A stretch of DNA of 63,605 bases, filler included, from Candidatus Eiseniibacteriota bacterium (GCA_043809585.1; 6 parts of 6 records of this genome joined end to end with filler, not necessarily neighbours in it), one strand, 5' to 3'. Shown: positions 17,973 through 29,932, numbered from the whole stretch's first letter. Made by a program: numbers and translations. The notes: generated by a model not told the origin, from the letters alone.

Positions 17973-20900
17973 GGGCGCCACAATCCGCACCTCCCCGCCT
18001 TCCCCGATTCCCCGCACCGCCGGATCGTACATGGCCTCCGCCTTCACGGGGGGGAGGGTGAAGGAGCCGACCGAGACCGCCCGGAGTCCGTAGTAGAAGC
18101 ACTTCCTCTCCGCGTCGGCGTCGGTGAAGAGGAGGAGCCGGTCGTCCCGAATGTCGATGTAGTCGGCGCGGAGGGCGTTCTCGGTCTTGATCCACTCGAA
18201 GGCCTGCCGCTCCATGAGGCGGGGGTTCTCGATCTCGAGACCCGCCGGAACGAGATCGGCGACCACCACGTTCCGGATCGCGCCACGATCACTCCCGACG
18301 GTGAGTCGGCAGACGATCACTTCCCCTTGGGGAATCCCGAGGAGATCGACCGGACGGCCGTCCGCGTCGAAGTAGGCGCGCTCGACGAAGACCCCGTCTC
18401 TCCGGGGCCCCTCCTCCCCCTCCCGCGGAATGCCCTCGGCCAGCACCGTGTAGTAGGCGATGCCCGATCCCTTCGCGTCGATCCGGACGGTCCGTCCGTC
18501 CCAATCCTCGCCGCGCACCGTGAGGGATCGTTCGCCGCCGAACTCTCCCACCGACTCGCCGTCCACCGTCACCTCGCCGGCGGCGAACTCGGTCTCCGTA
18601 TTCTCCGCCAGCTTGCCGAGGGCGAGAAGGGCGAATGCGTTCTCCTGGGTGTTCGATCAGCGCCCCTCGTCGGCGTCTTCGGCGAGACGCCGGATGAGAA
18701 CCGGCACCTGGGCGTTTCCCGGATCGACGGTGGCGAGGACCTCCAGACGGATCGCTTCGTCCCGCGCTTCGGACCGCCACGTCCGTCCCGTCGTCCTTCC
18801 CCACCCCGCTCCCTCCGGACCCACCGGGAGGAGCTGCTCCATCATCACCCGGTTTCCGAGGAGACCGTAGGCGCCCGCGAGGAGCGCCCGGGCGGCGTTC
18901 GTCATCTCTTCCGTTTCATTCCGGGCCAAGTAGGAGCAGGCCCCCCGGTCCGGTCTCCCCGCCCGGGCCAGAACGTAGGCGGCGTACGCCCGGGCCGAAA
19001 GGCGCTCCCACCGCTCCCAGGAACGGAACCAGGGAGCGTCGGACGAGCGGGCCACTTCGGCCGCGACGGCGAGAGCGCCGTCGAGAATCCCCGGCGGCAC
19101 CACATACCCTTTGCGGGAGGCCTCGACCAGGAAGTGGGTCGCGTAGACCGTGGACCATGGATTGTCCGGCACGCTCCCCCGGCCGGGCCAATAGGCGAAT
19201 CCGCGGCCCGGCACCCACATGGCCGCGACCCGGTCGATCGCCGAGTTCACGTAGTAGTCCGCCCCCCCCGCGGTGAACGCCCCCGGCGCGATCTCGGCCG
19301 CGAGATCGGCGAGATAGAGAAGGGGAAACGCCCGGGAGACGGTCTGCTCCGTGCACCCGTACGGGTAGCGGAGGAGGTAGGGGATGGCCGCCGCGAAGCT
19401 CCCGACGGGAAGACCCGACACGGTCACCGTGGCGCTCCCCGTACCGGCGTGCCAGCGGTCCGGGAGAACGATCTCCGCCGGCTCTCCCCGCCGGACGACA
19501 CCCCGGGTCACATCGGTCTCGAGAGGCCAGGGGGGGCGCACCGCGAGATCGGTCGCGGTCGTCGTCCGCTCCCCTTCCGCTTCGCCCGTGAAGCGAAAGG
19601 TCGCCTTCCCGATCCCCTCACCGGCGACGGCGAGGAAGGAGACTACCCCCTCTCTCCCGCCGGCGAGGCGGATCCCCTCTTCCCGCTCGGGCGCGTCCAC
19701 CGGGCCTTCGAGATCGAGTCGCACCCGGATCGGGATCTCGGCGCCCGTCTTCTCGGTCACGCCGTTGTAAACCTGAACCGGGATCTCCACTTCGTCCCCG
19801 GGCGCGAGGAAACGGGGAAGGTTCGAGGTGAGCACGATCGGGTCGCGGACGCGGATGAGGGCGTCCGCCGAGCCGAGGCGGTCTCCGGCGGCGGCGACCA
19901 CCATGACGCGGAGGGCGCCGGAGAACTCGGGAACGGGGAGGCGTACTTCCCTCCAATCACCGCTCCCCTCGATCACGCCCGACCAGAGGGCGACCGGCTT
20001 CACCCGGCGGACCGAGATGGGAGAGAGGTTTTTCCGGCGCGCCGCTCCGCCGGAAGCGGAGGAACTCCGGAGCACCGTCTCGTACTCGGGCAGGAGGAGG
20101 CTCCAGAGGTCGTGGCTCGCCACGGCGAGCCTCCGGCGGCGGAAGAAGTGGTCGAGAGGCGAGGGAGTCTCGAAATCGGTGATCTGCAGGATGCCCTCGT
20201 CCACCGCCGCCACCGTCACCTGCCCCCGCCTCCCTCCGGGCAGATCGGGAAGGCGGAAGGAGAGCACGAGGTCGTTTTCGGGCCGCATCGATTCCGGCGC
20301 GCGGATCTCCACGGCGAGCCGCGAGGGCTCCCGGTCCATGACGATCGGGACGGCGCCGAAGGCCCGGGCCGGCGCATGAATCTCGAGCGACCCGAGAGGC
20401 CGGAGAAGAAGGGCCGTGAGATAGGCGTTCGGTTCGGCCTCCTCGGGGAGGCGGAGGGATACGACCGCCGAGTTCGAGTCGAGACGGATCCACTCCTGAT
20501 GCAACACGCTCTCTCTCTCGATCGAGAGAAGAAGGAGGCCGGCGAAGGGCGCCTCGATCTCGGCCCGCACCATGTCGCCGGGACGGTAGACATCCCGGTC
20601 GAGTTTCAGGTTCACCTTCTCCGGATTGGACATCGCCCAGGGCGAATACCCCCACCCGTACACGTAGAAGGGGATCGACCCCCGGGCGCCCCGGCCCGGC
20701 GATTCGACGACGAGTCGGTAGCTCCCGTGGCGGGGCACGGTCACTTCGAACCGGCCCGCCCCGGCGGTCAAGGAAACGGCCTTATCCTGCTCCAGCTCCT
20801 CGTCCATCTCGGAGACGTACCGGTATCTCCCCCGGCGGTCCCGCTCGATCGTGGTCCGCCACCGCTGCCGATAGACGCGCAGCCTCCCCTCCGGATCGGT

Positions 20901-23471
20901 GACCGGAATTCCCGCTTCGTCGACGAGGACCGCTTCGAAGGGGATCGGCTTCCCCGGCTCCACGTAATCGCTGTTGTCCGAGTCGCCGACCCGGCGAAGG
21001 CCGACGAGGTGGGAGACGGGCGAGTAGGTGAACGTCCGTGTCCCGCCCACCGCCCGGCCTCCCCCCAGCTCGGTCGCCTCGACGGTCACCGTCGCGCGAA
21101 GCCACCCGTGGTAGTCGGGAAACGGGGGGGGCACGATCTCCCAGTGGACCATTCCCTCGACGTCGGTCTTCTTCTCGCCGAGCCCCTGTTCCGGGATCGA
21201 GGAATCCTCCGGCGGATCGCCGAACCGGAATCCCGGCCATTCGGCGAAGGAAACGCTCTCCGGGGAGAAACGGAGGCGGGCGACGGCGCGGCGTTCGGCC
21301 GCGGGGGGGCCGAAGAGGGTCATGGCCCGGGCGACCGTCACGATGCCGTCCCCCGGTCCGGCGCGGCCGGAAGATTCCCCGTTGACGAGAAGGTCCAGGT
21401 CGACCTTCATCCGGTCGGGCATGAAGTCCTCCACCTGGAGGTCGAGACGACCGATCACCGTGTTCTCGTCCAGGTGGAGTGCCGCCGGGTACGCCCCCGT
21501 GGCGGCCCAGTCGGGAATCTCGAGTTCCGCTTCGGCGAAGCCGTCCGCGCCGGTGGTCACCCGGATCTCGCGAAAGACCTTTCCATCGGGACCGTGGACG
21601 CGAAGGGTGAGCGGGAAGGGGCTCGGCGGCAGGCGGCGGCCGTCCCGAACGATCCAGGCGATCCGGGCCCGGTCCCCCGGCCGGTAGATGCCCCGGTCGG
21701 AGTAGACGAACGCTTCGTACCCCCGGACGAGGGGATCGACGCCGCCCACGTCGAAATCGCCGGTCGGGATGCGGGTGTCGCCGAGCAGGAGGAAGCTGCG
21801 GTCGTCCCCCCGGGCGGCGGTGACGAGGAACGGCTCATCGCCCGGGCGGCCCGCGCCGAGATCGGAAAACGAGGCGAATCCGTCGGGGCCGGTCCGTCCC
21901 GAAGCCAGGACTTGATCGTTCCGAGACCGCACCGCGATGTCCACCGAGGGAATCGGTTCGAGGCGATCGATCGAGACGGCGCCGACCCGGATGCCCCCCT
22001 CCGAACGCTTCGCCACGAGACCGATATCCGTGACGAGCACGAATCGCGAGGCGCGGAGTCGGCGGCTGTCCGCGTCGCGGACGGAGAGCCGGAAGATTCC
22101 CTTCTCGTCGGAGCGGAGGTGCTCGTCGAGCGCGATCGGCGTGACCACCGTTTCGTTCGGCCGCTCCTCCGACACATCCAGGTCGGACCGGTAGAGGTTC
22201 GCTCCGTACTCGTTGACGTCGCCCCAGAATCGGGCGGAGCCGGCGAACCCCGACCGGTGGAAGAAGTGAACCAGATTGTTCTCGTAGACCCGGTCGATCT
22301 CCACATTGATGCGATCGACGTTGACGGTGCGCACCGCCACGCGCCGGTCGCCTCGAAGGGCGAGGACGCTGCCTTCGCCCGCGATCTCGAGCGTAGGAGT
22401 CAAATCGCCGACCAGGACGGAGACCCGGAAGTCCCGTTCCAGGGCGAGTCCCGTCTCGGAGATCAGATCGCCCGGAAGGCGGAGGTCGTACGCGGTTCCG
22501 ATCTGCCAGTCGGCGAAGAGGAAAGCGTCGGAGCCGCGGAGATCGATGGTGACGGCCCCCACGTCCGGCTCTACCTGCAGGCTCCGAGCCAAGGTGCGAT
22601 CGTCCACGGGCGCGGAAAAGGAGAGGCGGATCGCCTTCCGGCCCTCCACGACGACGAACTCCGCCGACTCGATCACGAGCCGCTCCCTGGCGGGGATCGA
22701 CATCTCCCGCCTCACCGTCTTGCCGAGGGTCGCGCCTCCCACGACGGGGGCGAGGTCCCCGTCCAGTTCGGCGACGAGGGTGAGGTCCCGTTCCCCCCGC
22801 TCGATCGACTCACTCCGGAACGAAATAAGCTCCGACGGCTCCGCGGTCTCCACCTCGAACCGGAGCGCGCCCCGGCCGGAGAGATCGAGGGAGAGCCGGT
22901 CTTCGAAGGCACCCGGATCGACGGGATAATTGAAGGAGACCGTTCCCTTGATCTCATAACGGGGGGGCGCCCCCGGGAGGGCCTCCCGGAAAAGCCGCAC
23001 ATCACCGACGGCGAACGGCTCGGCGACGAACAGGAACCGTCTCTTGCCGCGGAGCTTGACCCCCCGCGCCTTCCCGATGCCGGGATCCAAGGTGATGGTG
23101 TACGTCCGGTTCGGGAGAAACCCGTCGTCCGGTACGAACTCGAGCTTGTCCGGCGCCGCCCACCGCCACACCCCGGGGACATCGGGATCGATGCCGGCGC
23201 CCGGCTCTTCGACGTAGGAGCCCGGTCTCACCTCCGGCGGCATGACGGGGCCGGAAAAGAGGAGCGCCACGGGGGATGCGAGATCGATCTTCCCCGAAAA
23301 GGGATCCGTGGAAAATACGGCCACCTCGTTCGGTCCGAGGTCGCCCGGCTCGAGGCCCTCCTCCTTCCCGCCGCAGCCGGCCGAGAGGAGACCCGCGAGA
23401 AGGGGAACGACCACGAGTCGGGAAAGAAGGGAGAGAGGGAGAGAGAAGGGAGAACGAGACGGGTTCGTCAT
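17970..23471 (-). pseudogene. Bacterial alpha-2-macroglobulin (YfhM-like lipoprotein) interrupted by one in-frame TGA at 18657-18659
   Basis: Lipobox LSAGC, SDRGIYRPGD, VAAVDEGILQ, LPRFLAPGD, thioester YPYGCTEQ. The frame continues past the TGA as SNTQENAFALLALGK...AEAMYDP to 17970. Confidence 0.85.
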
Positions 23472-23814
23472 GGCGGACTCCTTCCGGCGGATCCGAAACC
23501 GCCCCGCCCGGGGCATCACCCGCCGGGCGCCGGCAGGAACGTTGATACCTCATCCGCTGAGGGTCGAGTGGTACGGAGTCGACCATACACAACGGAGAGT
23601 CGTTGTACAAGATGGACGGGGTAGCCTTGATCCGTCACCAGGGGCGGTGTTGTCTTATCTGGTGACGGTCACCCGTTTGCCCCCCCTTCTTGTCCATGTC
23701 TTTTGACTGGAACAAGAGAAGGAACTTGCATAGATTCTCGGGCATCGGTGCTTGCGTCCCCCCTTGGCCGAAACCTTCGCGATCGGGGCCGCCCGGCCGG
23801 CCCGGAGCAAGACC

Positions 23815-25791
23815 ATGGGACGTAGGACGATCCTCGTGCTCGGGATCCTCTCGTTTGCCGCGCCCTCCGCCCTCTTGGCCCAAGAACAGGTGCAGCCCCC
23901 CTATCAGCGAACCAGCAACATCTACGCGAACGAGCTCCGGAGCATCCTCCGGGACATCGATCAGGTCCGGTTCGAGCTCGGTCTGGTGGAGGTGCCTCCC
24001 TTCTTCTGCCTTCCCCCCCGCCTCCCCTCCAAGCAGGAGGCTCTGGACGATCTCTACCTGCTCGGACTGGCGATCCGGAATCTGGACATCCGCTTGGGCC
24101 GGGTCGAGAAGGAGGCCCAGAAGCAACTGAGCCTGCCGGGCGCGGGCACGAAGCTCGGTCCGGACTATCCGAAATTCCAAGGGATCGGGCCCCAGTCGAC
24201 CGGCACCAACCTGAACTACTGGGCCCTCGCGCGGGAACCCCTCACGCAGGTCACGATCGCGTATACGGCGAAGAAGAAGGAGATCGAGGAGACCGAGGAG
24301 CGTGACTGCGCTCCGAAGCCTCCTGCTCCGCCGAAGCCGGTCGACTGGTTCGAAGGGTTGACCCCGCCCGTGTTTCACGAGATCACCTTCGCCCCCCTCC
24401 CCCCCTTCCACTGCTCCCAGGACGAGTACTGGGCGCTCCTCTTCGTCATTCATCCCGACTACAACGAGGCGGCGGAGAACGCCGAGGCGGCCGGCACCTA
24501 CCGGACCAAGCTCTACAACCGGCTGCATGCGGCGATCGACACCGGTTCCGACGGGGCGACCCTCGCGAAGCTCCGGAAGGACCTCGAGAAAGCCGAGGCG
24601 AACGTGAAGGAGCAGAACCGCCTCTCCGACGAGATCGCCGCGCACTACGAGAAGGCGAAGAAGATCCCCGTCATCGACTGCAGCACGAAGCAGGGGGAGG
24701 GCGCGGTGAAGGAGGGGAGCGGCGGGGGCGGTTCCCCGGGGACGGGGGCGGGCGGAACGGGCGCGCAGGGCGGAGCGTCCGGCGGGGACGGGGGGACGGG
24801 GAGCGGCGCCGCCGAACCGGACTCCCCGAGTGATCGCTTCGGATTCCTCGGTACCGATTCCCTCGGCGGGCGAGGTTTCGGTCTGGAGTTCGCCCCGGCG
24901 ATGGTCTTCGGGCACCAGAGCCTCCCGGACTTCGTCTACCTCGGCCTCGAGAACTCGATGGACGTCAAGACCTTCGGGGTCGAGCACCTCGACGATGGGG
25001 ACGGTTTCGTCGGGTTCGAGGGGGAAGGGGCGTTCCGCTTCGGGAAAGGCCTTCGCTCCACCGTCCGCATCGGCTTCAGGACCTTCGTCGTCGAGATCGA
25101 AGGGGAGGAGGAGAGCGTCGACCCGATGGGAGAGAAGCTCCTCATCCCCTTCGTGAACACGCCGGGGGTCGCGCTCGGCACGAACGTCGCCGAGGGGACG
25201 GCCGGCGGCGCGAACGTCGTGACCGGCCTCGGCTACGCATTCCGGGGGGAGAACACCGCGATCCAGGCCACCTACGAGTACACCCGGAGCGCCGGGCCCG
25301 GTGAGTGGACAGGTACGGCGGGCTTCGGGCGGACCTGGATCAGCCAGACCCAGTCCCTCGCGGGAAAGATCACGGGCTTCGGGATCGACTTCGATTACGA
25401 AACGTCCATCGATGTGCATGTGAACCGCGTCATCTTCGGCGCCGGGTACACCTATCCCGTGCCCTCCCTCCCCGCCCTCTCTATCAACGGGTCGCTCACC
25501 GGCTTCCTGAACTTCGCGAACGCCGAAGGGACCGACCGGGTCGATCTGTCCGGCGCCCAGACGATCTCGGAGAGCCGCGATCTCTCCCGGGACGAGACCA
25601 CGGGGGGCGTCGCGGTTCGATTCGGCAGCGGCTACGAGTGGGCCGACGGTAAGCTCGTCTTCGTGCACTACACGCGCTTCCACGACAAGACGACGCCGGT
25701 CGTCAGCCGCGAAGGAGACGGCCCGAGCGAGATCCGCTTCGACGCGTCGGACTACGATTTCTTCATTGTCGGGGTGAAGATCGAGTTCTAG
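23815..25791 (+). CDS. Uncharacterised exported protein: helical Cys-containing N-domain, Gly-rich linker, probable C-terminal outer-membrane beta-barrel
   Basis: Signal peptide MGRRTILVLGILSFAAPSALLA, GSGGGGSPGTGAGG linker, alternating-hydrophobic strands, ends VGVKIEF. Confidence 0.7.
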   Translation: MGRRTILVLGILSFAAPSALLAQEQVQPPYQRTSNIYANELRSILRDIDQVRFELGLVEVPPFFCLPPRLPSKQEALDDLYLLGLAIRNLDIRLGRVEKEAQKQLSLPGAGTKLGPDYPKFQGIGPQSTGTNLNYWALAREPLTQVTIAYTAKKKEIEETEERDCAPKPPAPPKPVDWFEGLTPPVFHEITFAPLPPFHCSQDEYWALLFVIHPDYNEAAENAEAAGTYRTKLYNRLHAAIDTGSDGATLAKLRKDLEKAEANVKEQNRLSDEIAAHYEKAKKIPVIDCSTKQGEGAVKEGSGGGGSPGTGAGGTGAQGGASGGDGGTGSGAAEPDSPSDRFGFLGTDSLGGRGFGLEFAPAMVFGHQSLPDFVYLGLENSMDVKTFGVEHLDDGDGFVGFEGEGAFRFGKGLRSTVRIGFRTFVVEIEGEEESVDPMGEKLLIPFVNTPGVALGTNVAEGTAGGANVVTGLGYAFRGENTAIQATYEYTRSAGPGEWTGTAGFGRTWISQTQSLAGKITGFGIDFDYETSIDVHVNRVIFGAGYTYPVPSLPALSINGSLTGFLNFANAEGTDRVDLSGAQTISESRDLSRDETTGGVAVRFGSGYEWADGKLVFVHYTRFHDKTTPVVSREGDGPSEIRFDASDYDFFIVGVKIEF

Positions 25792-25968
25792 GTCGCCGGG
25801 GGAGGCGGAATCCGTAAAACCGGGCGACCAAGATAAGCGCCCGGAATCGTATCGAGACCAGGGGGATCCGCCGGTTTCCGTGAGGCACCGGCGCCCTCTC
25901 CGAGAGGTCCCCGTTGGACAGGGGGCCGGGAATGGCATACACTTCCTCTATCCCCCTGGCCTCTCCAC

Positions 25969-28900
25969 ATGAACCGGGAGGATGCCGTGAAATCCGAGCG
26001 CCTGCCGGGGAGACGGGCGGCCCGCGCCGGCCTTCCCCTCCCTTCGATCACTCTCTCGCTCGTCCTGTCCCTTCTCATTCTGTTCGCGGCCCCGGGCGAG
26101 GCGGGTCCCCGTTTCTGCGGGCGTCCCCCCGGAGAGCCGCTCCCCGGGCATCTGCGCGTCCTGATGGAGCGCCCCGATCGGGACCGGGCGCCGGGCGGGG
26201 ACGAGTTCGTCCGACGGCTCGAGCGGATCCAGGCCAACCGCCGGGCGGTGGCGGCCGGACAGATGACCGCCGAGGAGGCCCGCCTCCGGGGGGGAATCGC
26301 GATCACGGGACATCAGGATGTTCCGGTCTTTCCCTTCCTTTACGACAACACCCCCGTTCCCCCCTTCTCGCGGGAGAGCCTGGAGGAGCACCTCTTCACC
26401 GGTCCCTGGTTCACCGGCACCGCGAAGGAGTACTTCACGGAAGTCTCCTACGGGCAGTTCACCATCGACGGCGTCGTGGCCGACTGGTATCCCCTGCCGG
26501 AGATCGACACCTACTACGAGGGGAGCAACAACGGCTCCAATCCGGCGACGGACAAGTTCGGCGAAGCGATGTACGAGATCCTGGCCGCCCGGGATCCCGA
26601 GATCGACTTCGGGCTCTTCGACAACGACGGGGACGACGGCATTCCCAACTCGGGGGACGACGACGGGAAGGCGGACTGGGTCGTCTTCATCACGCCGGAG
26701 AACGACGGCGCCTGCGCCATCACCACCTGCCCCTTCACCGGCAGCGACAACATCTGGTCCCACCAGTGGTATCTCAGCCAGTGGGACGGGACGTACACGA
26801 CCGACGACGAAAGGACCGGCGGCGGCAACATCAAGGTCGACCGCTACTTCGTATCCGCCGGCCGCGCGTGCGACGTCGGGTTCCCGAACGGGATCGGTAC
26901 TTTCTGCCATGAGTTCGGCCACGTTCTCGGGCTCGGGGACTACTACGACGGCTCCGGCCATTCGGAAGGCATCGGCCACTGGGGCATCATGGGGTCGGGC
27001 GGGTGGAACACCACCGACCTCCCCTCGCACATGACCGCCTGGGCGAAAGAGCAGCTCGGGTGGCTCTATTACTTCAATGTCAACCAGGATCAGACCCTCT
27101 GCCTCCCCCCGGTGGAGACGAACCCGATCGCCGCGCGGCTCTGGACCAGCGGCGAGGAGGGGCAGCAGTATTTCGTCGTCGAGAACCGGCAGCCGATCGG
27201 ATTCGACTCTGGGCTCCACGCGCCTGGGCTCGTCATCTACCACATCGACGAGACGGTCTCGAACAACAACCACGAGAACCACAAGCGGATCGACGTGGAG
27301 TGCGCCGACGCGTTCACCGCAGAACACGTGGTGGACGCCGACCACCTCGATCTGGGACGCTGCATCGGGGGGAACCGGGGGGACGCGGGGGACCCGTGGT
27401 GCCCGGCGACTCAGACCACCTTCGACGGCAACTCCATCCCCGACTCCCGCTCCTACTCCGGCGCCCCGACGGGAGTGGCGGTCCGGGACATCAGCACGTG
27501 CGACGGCGGGGTGGGCGGTGCGATCTGCGCCGACTTCGAGGTGGGGGTGACCCTCACCGCGGACCTCTGCATGCAGGACTGCGACTCCGACGGCTGCGCC
27601 GAGATCTCCTCCTGCGAGCCTTGGTGGGCCACGCCGGCCCTCTGGATCGACCACAACGGGGACGGCATCGACGACCTGCCGTCGGAGGACATGGAAAACG
27701 TCCTCTGGTACAAGGTGTGGAACGCCGGGCCGGAGCCGCTCGCCGGGGCCACCATCGAGATCTACACGCACATTCCGGGGCTGGGCCTCCGGTGGCCCGA
27801 AGCGGGCGAACTCCTCGCTTCGGAGACCATCGACGAAGTGATCCTCTCCGGGGCGTCCTACGTGGACAGCGTCAAGTTCGTCTACCCCCCCACCCCCCCG
27901 AACGTGGACCACTACTGCATCGGGGCGCGGGTGCAGCACGACCTTGACCAGGCGAACAGCCAATACCCTCCCCACGACGACAATCTGGTCCAGGTGAACC
28001 ACCAGATCCTGGTGGAGCGGGCGGAAGGGGGCTTCACCGGCGGAGGCGGGCACCTCACGGGCGGGCCCTTCTCCAAGACGTCCCGGCTCCGGATCCACGA
28101 GGGCGGCGCGTACTACGGGAGGCTCCTCGAGGTACGCCTCGGTTCCCCCCCGACCTTCGACGACTGGAGTCTGCCCGAAACATGGACCCTCCAGTTCGAC
28201 TCGGGGCCCTACCTACCGCCTCCGGGGATGTTCGATTCGTTGGACGTGGTGGTGGGGAGCGCCGCCGCGGAACACGGGGAGACGGCCCACATCCCCCTCA
28301 CCCTCTGGGACGTGGAGAACGGGGCCGCCGCCGGAGGCGTGATCCTGGACTACCGGATCGACGACAACGACCCCACCCCTCCGGCGGGCCTCGAGGCGGA
28401 GTGCCTCCCGATCGTGCTCGATCAGATCGGCGGGCCGTCGGCCCGGCTCGACTGGCCGGAGGTGACCCTCGATATCAACGGCCTCCCCGAGGTGATCCGG
28501 TACTACGAGGTGTACCGGGGGGACAACGCCGGGAACCCGGAGACGCTCGTGGAGCGGGTGATCGTGGACGGCGATTTCGACGCGCCCGGCTTCCAGTGGT
28601 TCGACTACGTCCTCCGGGACTCGGGCGTGGTCTACGGCTACCGCGTGAAGGCGGTCGACGGCGCGGGGAACGAGAGCGGCTTCTCGCCCTCCGCGGGCCT
28701 CGACTTCCTCGCCTGCGAGGCGGCGACCGGCGTGGAATCCCCGGAAGCCGGCCTCCCCCGGGGTCTTCACCTCGCACCGCCGAGCCCGAACCCCTCGCCG
28801 AGGAGGACGACCCTGACCTTCACCCTTCCCGCCTCCCAGCTGGTGAGGCTGAACATCTTCGACGTCAGGGGGCGCCGGATCGCCTCCCTCGTGGACGGAG

Positions 28901-29040
28901 AGGTCTCCGCCGGGAGCAATCAGGCCGTCTGGAGCGGCATGGACGGGGCCGGGAACCGCGTTCCCCCCGGAGTCTACTTCGCCCGGCTCGAAGGACCGGA
29001 CTTCGTGGAGACCAGGAAGATCGTCCTTCTGGGGAAATAG
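25969..29040 (+). CDS. Secreted M6 (immune inhibitor A-like) metalloprotease with FlgD-Ig C-terminal domain
   Basis: YFTEVSYGQF, HEFGHVLGLGDYY, WGIMGSGGW, YFVVENRQ, GLVIYHIDE; C-terminal PSPNP...PGVYFARL...KIVLL. Confidence 0.92.
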   Translation: MNREDAVKSERLPGRRAARAGLPLPSITLSLVLSLLILFAAPGEAGPRFCGRPPGEPLPGHLRVLMERPDRDRAPGGDEFVRRLERIQANRRAVAAGQMTAEEARLRGGIAITGHQDVPVFPFLYDNTPVPPFSRESLEEHLFTGPWFTGTAKEYFTEVSYGQFTIDGVVADWYPLPEIDTYYEGSNNGSNPATDKFGEAMYEILAARDPEIDFGLFDNDGDDGIPNSGDDDGKADWVVFITPENDGACAITTCPFTGSDNIWSHQWYLSQWDGTYTTDDERTGGGNIKVDRYFVSAGRACDVGFPNGIGTFCHEFGHVLGLGDYYDGSGHSEGIGHWGIMGSGGWNTTDLPSHMTAWAKEQLGWLYYFNVNQDQTLCLPPVETNPIAARLWTSGEEGQQYFVVENRQPIGFDSGLHAPGLVIYHIDETVSNNNHENHKRIDVECADAFTAEHVVDADHLDLGRCIGGNRGDAGDPWCPATQTTFDGNSIPDSRSYSGAPTGVAVRDISTCDGGVGGAICADFEVGVTLTADLCMQDCDSDGCAEISSCEPWWATPALWIDHNGDGIDDLPSEDMENVLWYKVWNAGPEPLAGATIEIYTHIPGLGLRWPEAGELLASETIDEVILSGASYVDSVKFVYPPTPPNVDHYCIGARVQHDLDQANSQYPPHDDNLVQVNHQILVERAEGGFTGGGGHLTGGPFSKTSRLRIHEGGAYYGRLLEVRLGSPPTFDDWSLPETWTLQFDSGPYLPPPGMFDSLDVVVGSAAAEHGETAHIPLTLWDVENGAAAGGVILDYRIDDNDPTPPAGLEAECLPIVLDQIGGPSARLDWPEVTLDINGLPEVIRYYEVYRGDNAGNPETLVERVIVDGDFDAPGFQWFDYVLRDSGVVYGYRVKAVDGAGNESGFSPSAGLDFLACEAATGVESPEAGLPRGLHLAPPSPNPSPRRTTLTFTLPASQLVRLNIFDVRGRRIASLVDGEVSAGSNQAVWSGMDGAGNRVPPGVYFARLEGPDFVETRKIVLLGK

Positions 29041-29223
29041 GACGATCGTGGCCATTGCTCAGCCCCAACCCCCTGGCTCCCCGAGCTGGCACAAGACGTG
29101 GGAGCTTCTTGAAAGGTCGAGGTTCGTTTTCGATGAGGAAGGCGCCTCCCCTTCCCGGGAGGGCCCGCCGTCGGTCGAGGGTTCTCGTCCGGGGGGCGGG
29201 CGGAACCCTCTCCCGTGCCGGGC

Positions 29224-29378
29224 TAACCTTAATCCGGCAAAAAATCCCGGTGCAAATCGCTGACGCTCGCGCGATAGCACGCCATCTGCCGCAGTGCTCG
29301 CATTCACCAATGCTCACATATCGTTGGATATGCTCCGCTTGGTGAATGCTCCGCGCTGCAGCATCTGACGCACTCTCG
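29224..29378 (+). mobile_element. MITE family B, left part
   Basis: C-TA-ACCTTAATCCGGCAAAAAATC terminus; 29258-29378 is the reverse complement of 39330-39450. Confidence 0.8.
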
Positions 29379-29478
29379 NNNNNNNNNNNNNNNNNNNNNN
29401 NNNNNNNNNNNNNNNNNNNNNNTTAATTAATTAANNNNNNNNNNNNNNNNNNNNNNNNNNNNNNNNNNNNNNNNNNNN

Positions 29479-29650
29479 TCATGCATGAATCTCCGTCACG
29501 AGGGCTCGGATCGCCGGACGAGAAGCTGACTTGGACGAGCCGCCACCGGAGGCGTAGTCATGCACTACGTCGAGGAGGCGGCGACGGAAAGGAGGCTTCG
29601 CAGGCGGCGATCCGAGATCACAGTAGGAGATTTGTGCATAATCCAGGCTA
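29479..29650 (+). mobile_element. MITE family A, short variant; its end is the stop of the 93-aa gene
   Basis: Near-identical to 17801-17972. Confidence 0.85.
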
Positions 29651-29929
29651 GACGGAGTGCTCGCCGAGGGTCCGGGCCAACTCTTCCGCCGACGGAGTTT
29701 CCCCGTCGTTCAGACGGCGGAGAAAGGCTTCGATGATCTCCTTCGCCTCCTCCTTTCGCTTCTCCCGGATGAAACCGTCGTGGAAGTGCCGGCCCGCGAG
29801 CGCCCGGTTGATCTCGGTCTCCTTGTTGTGGTCGCCGAGCTCCGTGAAGTAGACCACCCGGTACCGCCTTCCGTATTCCTCTTCCCGGTAGATCTCGAAC
29901 ATGATCTTCGCCGACATCAGCTCGGCCAT
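29648..29929 (-). CDS. Small hypothetical protein, last visible gene of the activase operon
   Basis: GGAGGTGA RBS, starts 3 nt after the upstream stop, normal composition (MFEIYREEEYGRRYRVVYFTEL...). Confidence 0.75.
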   Translation of the reverse strand: MAELMSAKIMFEIYREEEYGRRYRVVYFTELGDHNKETEINRALAGRHFHDGFIREKRKEEAKEIIEAFLRRLNDGETPSAEELARTLGEHSV

Positions 29930-29932
29930 GAC

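Noticed and set aside
18657-18659. Selenocysteine or genome-wide UGA-to-Trp recoding
   Set aside because: The position corresponds to Trp, not Cys; many genes here end in TGA with ATGA/GTGA overlaps; TGG is used normally.
18327-23624. 1765-aa plus-strand ORF and other long overlapping ORFs (e.g. 29657..33832, 39799..42231, 52045..54489, 62081..63454)
   Set aside because: Antisense or alternate-frame shadows of motif-bearing genes in GC-rich DNA; they show no recognisable domains.
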